Assembly (NCBI GenBank): GCA_035297925.1
Contig: DATGYM010000411.1
Span: forward strand, 246 to 64,245
DNA length: 64,000 nt
Direction of reading: 5' to 3'
From: Pyrinomonadaceae bacterium
Lineage (GTDB): Bacteria > Acidobacteriota > Blastocatellia > Pyrinomonadales > Pyrinomonadaceae
This document shows, one piece after another, positions 59,165 through 64,000 of the stretch. Under the pieces are notes generated by a model. That model saw only the letters and a list, made by a program, of their open reading frames with translations. It did not search any database and was not told the DNA's origin. The position numbers and the translations under genes were made by a program. The first letter of the stretch is position 1. The number at the start of each line of letters is the position of its first letter.

Positions 59165-59731
59165 ATGAGTATAAAATCAGACAAGTGGATCCGCCGCATG
59201 GCGACCGAATACAAAATGATCGAGCCGTTCGAACCCGGCCAGGTTAAGGAGGTTGATGGCCGGCGCATCGTCTCTTATGGCACGTCGAGTTATGGGTACG
59301 ACATTCGTTGCGCAGACGAATTCAAACTCTTCACTAATCTCAACAGCACGATAGTGGATCCAAAAGAGTTTGATGAGAAAAACTTCGTCGATGTAAAAAA
59401 CGACTCAGTAGTAATTCCACCAAACAGCTTCGCGCTTGCGCGCACCATTGAGTACTTTCGCATTCCGCGAAACGTGCTCACAATCTGCCTTGGCAAAAGC
59501 ACCTATGCTCGTTGCGGCATCCTGGTAAACGTGACTCCGTTCGAGCCTGAGTGGGAAGGTTACGTGACACTCGAATTTTCAAACACCACGCCACTGCCCG
59601 CGAAAATCTACGCCAACGAGGGCGTCGCCCAGGTTGTGTTTTTTGAGTCGGATGAAGTTTGCGAAACGTCGTATAAAGACCGCGGCGGTAAATACCAGGG
59701 ACAACGTGGCGTGACCCTGCCAAAGCTCTAA
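59165..59731 (+). CDS. dcd: dCTP deaminase
   Basis: [13 protein letters not shown]...MIEPF...[23 protein letters not shown]...[54 protein letters not shown]...[18 protein letters not shown] is near-colinear with gammaproteobacterial Dcd as I remember it. Confidence 0.93.
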   Translation: MSIKSDKWIRRMATEYKMIEPFEPGQVKEVDGRRIVSYGTSSYGYDIRCADEFKLFTNLNSTIVDPKEFDEKNFVDVKNDSVVIPPNSFALARTIEYFRIPRNVLTICLGKSTYARCGILVNVTPFEPEWEGYVTLEFSNTTPLPAKIYANEGVAQVVFFESDEVCETSYKDRGGKYQGQRGVTLPKL

Positions 59732-59754
59732 GTATTGCCCTACTCGACCGTTGT

Positions 59755-60732
59755 ATGGAATACGTAAACCTTGGTCAAACCGGTCTGAAAGTTTCGCGCG
59801 TCTGCCTCGGATGTATGACTTACGGTCTGCCGAATCGCGGCGCGCACACCTGGACTATTGATGAAGAAAATAGCCGTCCATTTATCAAACGAGCACTCGA
59901 ACTCGGCATCAACTTCTTCGACACAGCTAACGCATACTCCGACGGCACCAGTGAAGAGATTGTCGGCCGCGCGCTGCGTGATTTCGCCCGGCGCGAAGAA
60001 ATTGTTTTAGCCACCAAAGTGTTCTACCCGATGCGGGAGGGCCCCAACGCTCGCGGGCTGTCGCGCAAGTCCATCCTGACGGAAATTGATGCCAGTTTGC
60101 GCCGCCTTGGCACCGATTACGTCGACCTTTATCAGATTCATCGTTGGGACAAACATACTCCGATTGAAGAAACGCTCGAAGTGCTGCACGACGTGATCAA
60201 GTCTGGCAAGGCGCGTTACATTGGCGCCTCATCGATGTATGCGTGGCAATTTGCGAAGGCGCAGTACGTGGCGCGGCTAAACGGCTGGACACGGTTCGCT
60301 TCAATGCAGAACCACTACAATCTTCTTTACCGTGAGGAAGAGCGCGAGATGATGCCACTCTGCGCGGCCGAAGGAGTCGGCGTGCTGCCCTGGAGTCCGC
60401 TTGCGCGTGGGCGGTTAACCCGAGATTGGAACAAGAAAACCACGCGCACGGAAACTGACGAGTTTGGCAAAACACTCTATGTCTCTGCTGAAGACGCTGA
60501 CCGGAAAATAGTTGAACGAGTAGCGGAGGTCGCAGCCAGGCGTGGTGTGCCGCGGGCGCAGGTAGCGTTGGCCTGGTTGGCACAGAAACCCTTTGTGACT
60601 GCGCCGATCGTCGGGGCATCTAAACTGCAACATGTTGACGACGCTATCGCCTCACTCTCACTGAATCTTACGTCTGAAGAAATTTCGTCGCTGGAGGAAC
60701 CGTATGTACCCCACACGGTCGCTGGATTCTAA
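59755..60732 (+). CDS. Aldo/keto reductase
   Basis: LGCMTYG, FFDTANAYSDGTSEEIVGRAL, VDLYQIHRWD, GKARYIGASSMYAWQ and PWSPLARGRL. Confidence 0.92.
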   Translation: MEYVNLGQTGLKVSRVCLGCMTYGLPNRGAHTWTIDEENSRPFIKRALELGINFFDTANAYSDGTSEEIVGRALRDFARREEIVLATKVFYPMREGPNARGLSRKSILTEIDASLRRLGTDYVDLYQIHRWDKHTPIEETLEVLHDVIKSGKARYIGASSMYAWQFAKAQYVARLNGWTRFASMQNHYNLLYREEEREMMPLCAAEGVGVLPWSPLARGRLTRDWNKKTTRTETDEFGKTLYVSAEDADRKIVERVAEVAARRGVPRAQVALAWLAQKPFVTAPIVGASKLQHVDDAIASLSLNLTSEEISSLEEPYVPHTVAGF

Positions 60733-60766
60733 ATACCTCGATGAGACAGTAGCGGCGGAGGTCAGC

Positions 60767-61183
60767 GTGCTGAGTTTCAAGCGATTGGATCCGAGAGCGG
60801 TCCTGCCGGCGCGAGGGAGTTCACATGCGGCCGGTCTGGACATCTACGCGATTGACGATCTGCTAATTCAGCCCGGCGAGCGTCTTCTGGCGCGCACCGG
60901 ACTGGCTGTTGCAATTCCCGCAGGATACTACGGCCGTCTTGCGCCGCGTTCCGGTCTGGCGACGCAGAAGGGACTTGATACACTCGCCGGCGTTATCGAC
61001 GCCGACTATCGCGGCGAAATTCTTTGTCTCCTCTACAATACTGGTCAAGAGTCAATCGCCTTGCCGCCGCAAAGCAAAATCTGCCAGTTGATCATCGAAA
61101 AGATTGCTACGCCCGGCGCCGTCTGGGCAGACGAAATTAGCGCAACTGATCGTGGCAGCGGCGGTTTTGGCTCAACTGGATAA
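60767..61183 (+). CDS. dut: dUTP diphosphatase
   Basis: AAGLDIYA, PRSGLA, GVIDADYRGEI and DRGSGGFGSTG. GTG 60767 has GGAGG 6 nt upstream and is preferred over ATG 60704, which overlaps the AKR gene. Confidence 0.92.
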   Translation: MLSFKRLDPRAVLPARGSSHAAGLDIYAIDDLLIQPGERLLARTGLAVAIPAGYYGRLAPRSGLATQKGLDTLAGVIDADYRGEILCLLYNTGQESIALPPQSKICQLIIEKIATPGAVWADEISATDRGSGGFGSTG

Positions 61184-61216
61184 ATTAGTGCCGCGGAGAC
61201 GCGCAGATTCCGCGAG

Positions 61217-61801
61217 TTAGTTCAAGGAAATCTCCAGCGGTTGAGGCAATCCTTCGACTGTGAGAATCAAACTCTTCGAACTCTCTACTGGTTGCTTTTT
61301 AGGCGTTTCGAAGAAAAGAAATCCCTGGCGCCGCTGATCAGCGGTGGACAAAGGCGACTTCAACTCGATCGCGTAAGCGGCAAACTCTTTCTCAAATTGC
61401 TTTCGAGAATTAGGATTGTATGTGTAGACTTCATTCGCGCTCAGAATCCTCGACACTGCCGCTTTCGGTGAGACTACTTTCCATTGTTGCCCCTCTCCAT
61501 CGCGCAATTTAAAACGCAGCTTCTTAATCTCGACGGGCAGGCCGCTTTCAAAAGCCAGCTCCAGCCGCACGGGCAAGATGCCGCTCAAGGGCAGGTTTGC
61601 CTCGAATAAGTCCTGACTCTCCTCGTCACTCATGAGCGGAGCGACGCGGACTGTAACACCGCCGGAGCTGGCGCTTTTGAGGTTTCCGCCAAGCGGTGGC
61701 AATTCGACTACTGGTTTCACTTTAAAGAGCGAACCGGCGCAGGAGGTAGAGAGCAGAAGTAGTACTGCGCAGAGTATTGGCGAAATGTACCGGCTAATCA
61801 T
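61217..61801 (-). CDS. Hypothetical lipoprotein
   Basis: Lipobox-like leader MISRYISPILCAVLLLLSTSCAG; 194 aa. No family recognised. Confidence 0.6.
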   Translation of the reverse strand: MISRYISPILCAVLLLLSTSCAGSLFKVKPVVELPPLGGNLKSASSGGVTVRVAPLMSDEESQDLFEANLPLSGILPVRLELAFESGLPVEIKKLRFKLRDGEGQQWKVVSPKAAVSRILSANEVYTYNPNSRKQFEKEFAAYAIELKSPLSTADQRRQGFLFFETPKKQPVESSKSLILTVEGLPQPLEISLN

Positions 61802-61844
61802 GACCTTAAATTATCACAGTCGCTTTGAGTAGCACAGACTTGCC

Positions 61845-61959
61845 TACTGGGACCACGGGCCGTCTCGTCGCAACCTTCACCATGCGCGCTGTACTCCGGT
61901 TCGACAGAGGCTGTTCGCGCTTTGCGCGCATTGCGGGCGGGACGCCCGCGGTCCCAGTA
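61845..61959. repeat. REP/MITE-like palindromic element (16-nt terminal inverted arms with a nested 7-bp GC hairpin)
   Basis: TACTGGGACCACGGGC (61845-61860) versus GCCCGCGGTCCCAGTA (61944-61959). The internal hairpin is GCGGGCG-gga-CGCCCGC (61933-61949). Confidence 0.7.
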
Positions 61960-61985
61960 ATGGCTTGTGCTATTCTTCAAAAATT

Positions 61986-62501
61986 ATGATTAGACCATTC
62001 CAGGGTGTTCATCCGCAGATTCCCGACAGCGCGTACGTTGACCCAAGCGCACAGGTTATTGGTGACGTAAAGCTCGGCGAGCAGTCGTCAGTCTGGTGCA
62101 ACGCAGTCCTGCGCGGCGACATGTTTTACATTCGTATCGGCAGTCGCACGAATATCCAGGATAACTGTGTTGTCCACACGCGCACCGGTTCTCATCCGAC
62201 TATTCTCGAAGACGAAGTGACGGTGGGCCACAGCGTCACCTTGCACGGTTGCCATGTCGAACAGGGTGCGCTGATAGGCATTGGCTCCATTGTGCTGGAC
62301 GATGCTCGCGTCGGCGCACAGTCGCTGGTGGCTGCAGGTTCGCTGATTTCGCCCGGCACTATCATCCCCCCACGCTCGCTGGTCATGGGCATTCCAGCCA
62401 GGGTTAAACGCCCGCTCACCGACGAAGAAGTGTTGGGACTCAATACCTTTTGGCAGAATTACGTTAACTACGTGCCCCTTTATCAGAAAGAGCCATTGTA
62501 G
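61986..62501 (+). CDS. Gamma-carbonic-anhydrase-family / left-handed beta-helix (hexapeptide) protein
   Basis: IPDSAYVDPSAQVIGDVKLGEQSSVWCNAVLRGD...IRIGSRTNIQDNCVVH...VTVGHSVTLHGC... Confidence 0.85.
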   Translation: MIRPFQGVHPQIPDSAYVDPSAQVIGDVKLGEQSSVWCNAVLRGDMFYIRIGSRTNIQDNCVVHTRTGSHPTILEDEVTVGHSVTLHGCHVEQGALIGIGSIVLDDARVGAQSLVAAGSLISPGTIIPPRSLVMGIPARVKRPLTDEEVLGLNTFWQNYVNYVPLYQKEPL

Positions 62502-62539
62502 GAATGCGATGAGTTGTCGTTGCCTTTCGGTCGACCTAT

Positions 62540-62696
62540 CAGAACCGGGAGCAGTTGCGACCGGCCGTAAAGTCAACTCCGTTTGTTACTCTGAACCTCG
62601 CCTCGATTTCCGGAAGTCTAATGTTTGGCAGGTCGCTACCGCTCTCGGTTCTGCTGTGGGCACGGCATGCTGTGCCCCAACAACCGGAGCCGGTTG
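62540..62696. repeat. Cluster of palindromic elements in the hisS upstream region
   Basis: CAGAACCGGGAGCAGTTGCGACC (62540-62562) versus GGTCGCTACCGCTCTCGGTTCTG (62631-62653), about 19/23 complementary. Further hairpins are GGGCAC..GTGCCC (62658-62677) and CAACCGG-ag-CCGGTTG (62681-62696). Confidence 0.65.
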
Positions 62697-62791
62697 CCAT
62701 AGGAATTAACGCACCAAACTTTTTGACATAGTACTTTCAGGTTATGATGCCCACCGTGATCCAAACAATCCTGCGACCGTCTTTTGATTAA

Positions 62792-64000
62792 GTGGCTTCC
62801 GCTAAAACACAACCGCCACGCGGCATGCGCGATTTTCTGCCTGCAGATGTGCGCCGGCGTGAATATGTCATCGGCATTATTAAGGAAGTGTACGAGCGTT
62901 ACGGCTTTGAGCCACTGGAAACTCCCGCCGCTGAGAACATCGAAACGCTGATGGGCAAGTATGGCGAAGAAGGGAATAAACTCATCTTCAAAATACTCAG
63001 GCGCGGTGTTCATGAAGAGACGGGCGAAGCAGACCTCGCTTTACGTTACGATTTGACTGTTCCGCTAGCGCGCGTCGTCGCTGAATATCGCGATAAGCTG
63101 CCGAAGTTTTTCAAACGTTACCAGATTCAACCCGTCTGGCGTGCGGATCGTCCGGCGCGCGGTCGTTTCCGCGAGTTCTATCAATGCGACGTGGATATCC
63201 TCGGGTCGCGTTCAATGGTAGTCGAAGCCGAGATTTGCGCAGCGGCCAGCCAGGTTCTGACGAGGCTTGGTTTCAACGATTTCGCGGTCAGAATAAATCA
63301 CCGCCATGCTTTGACGGGCGTCCTGCAGGCAGCCGAGGTCGCGCCTGACAAGCACGATGCTGCCCTGATAACGCTCGACAAGCTCGACAAGATCGGACGA
63401 ACCGGGGTGGTGAAGGAATTTGAGCAGCGAGAAATACAACCAGAGTCGGGAGCAAGGCTACTCGACTTTTTTAGTGAGTTGGGCTCGCTCGATCACGCGG
63501 CTGAAGTTGCAGCGGGCGAAAACCCGGCGCAGAAAAGAAAAGCTTTGAACGCCGCGATCCTAGGTCGAATGGTGGAATTTATCGGCGACAATGAGCTGGG
63601 CGCGAGAGGCGTCGATGAGCTTCGTTCCATCATGAAGTTTGCCGAGGCTGAGGGGATTGGCTCTCGGATCGAAATAGATCCCAGCCTGGCCCGGGGACTC
63701 TCTTACTATACCGGCGCGATCATGGAGATCAACGTGAAGGATCTCCCCGGCAGTCTCGGCGGCGGCGGACGTTACGACAACCTGGTGGGCATTTTTCTTG
63801 GCGACAGCGTGCCGGCGTGCGGATTTTCGCTGGGCCTGGAAAGAATCATTGTGGTGATGACCGAGCGGGGAATGTTTCCCGAAGCGCTTATAGCTACACC
63901 TGCAGACCTAATGGTCAGCGTTTGGGACGAGTTATCGCTCAGCGAATCAGTGAGACTCGCGCATCAGCTCCGAGTGGAAGGGTTGCGGGTTGACCTGTAT
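62792..64000 (+). CDS. hisS: Histidine--tRNA ligase, 3' end beyond the window (absent from the ORF track because there is no stop)
   Basis: GTG 62792 follows an in-frame TAA. It reads MASAKTQPPRGMRDFLPADV...RYDLTVPLARVV...FKRYQIQPVWRADRPARGRFREFYQCDVD...YYTGAIMEI...GGGGRYDNLV...GFSLGLERI. The frame is open for 403 codons to the window end. Confidence 0.93.
   Translation, partial: MASAKTQPPRGMRDFLPADVRRREYVIGIIKEVYERYGFEPLETPAAENIETLMGKYGEEGNKLIFKILRRGVHEETGEADLALRYDLTVPLARVVAEYRDKLPKFFKRYQIQPVWRADRPARGRFREFYQCDVDILGSRSMVVEAEICAAASQVLTRLGFNDFAVRINHRHALTGVLQAAEVAPDKHDAALITLDKLDKIGRTGVVKEFEQREIQPESGARLLDFFSELGSLDHAAEVAAGENPAQKRKALNAAILGRMVEFIGDNELGARGVDELRSIMKFAEAEGIGSRIEIDPSLARGLSYYTGAIMEINVKDLPGSLGGGGRYDNLVGIFLGDSVPACGFSLGLERIIVVMTERGMFPEALIATPADLMVSVWDELSLSESVRLAHQLRVEGLRVDLY

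Noticed and set aside
62088-62576. 162-aa minus-strand ORF
   Set aside because: It is antisense to the hexapeptide-repeat gene, and its N-terminus is encoded by the palindromic repeat element.
62502-62791. T-box or other riboswitch leader upstream of hisS
   Set aside because: No T-box consensus or specifier-loop arrangement is visible. The structures are better explained as REP-like palindromes.

Overview
This 64-kb window looks like a soil-bacterium chromosome, possibly Acidobacteriota; the taxon is inferred only from gene content and repeat types. All product calls come from motif recognition by eye, with no database search. It splits into two parts at a tRNA-Asn gene (27076-27150, minus strand). 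The left ~27 kb looks accessory. It holds a truncated SigJ-like ECF sigma factor and a detox-type cluster (two haloalkane-dehalogenase-like hydrolases, VOC, DoxX, SDR). It also holds a co-directional string led by a 2179-aa Sec-signal RHS/YD-repeat toxin with a tandemly duplicated beta-sandwich insert and an unassigned 227-aa C-terminal domain. Behind the toxin come a retropepsin-like protein, an HExxH protease and an atypical arginase-fold protein. The left part further contains an orphan LuxR response regulator, an OmpR/HK pair, siderophore-esterase-like genes and three internally deleted gene remnants. The right ~37 kb is mostly housekeeping: PBP1A, tmRNA (hidden under an over-extended ORF), murI, rph, selA, cspA, nrdR, hsp20, lon, ppk1, an MltD-like transglycosylase, comM, dcd, dut and hisS (3' truncated). 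Two ECF sigma/anti-sigma envelope modules, a SET-domain protein and several palindromic repeat elements are interspersed. The most unusual items are the RHS cassette with no recognisable immunity or secretion context, a 21-bp perfect inverted repeat covering the murI start codon next to ssrA, a displaced comM 3' fragment, and the recurring pattern of 5' end plus 3' end retained with the middle deleted. No CRISPR array, transposase, integrase or reverse transcriptase was seen.
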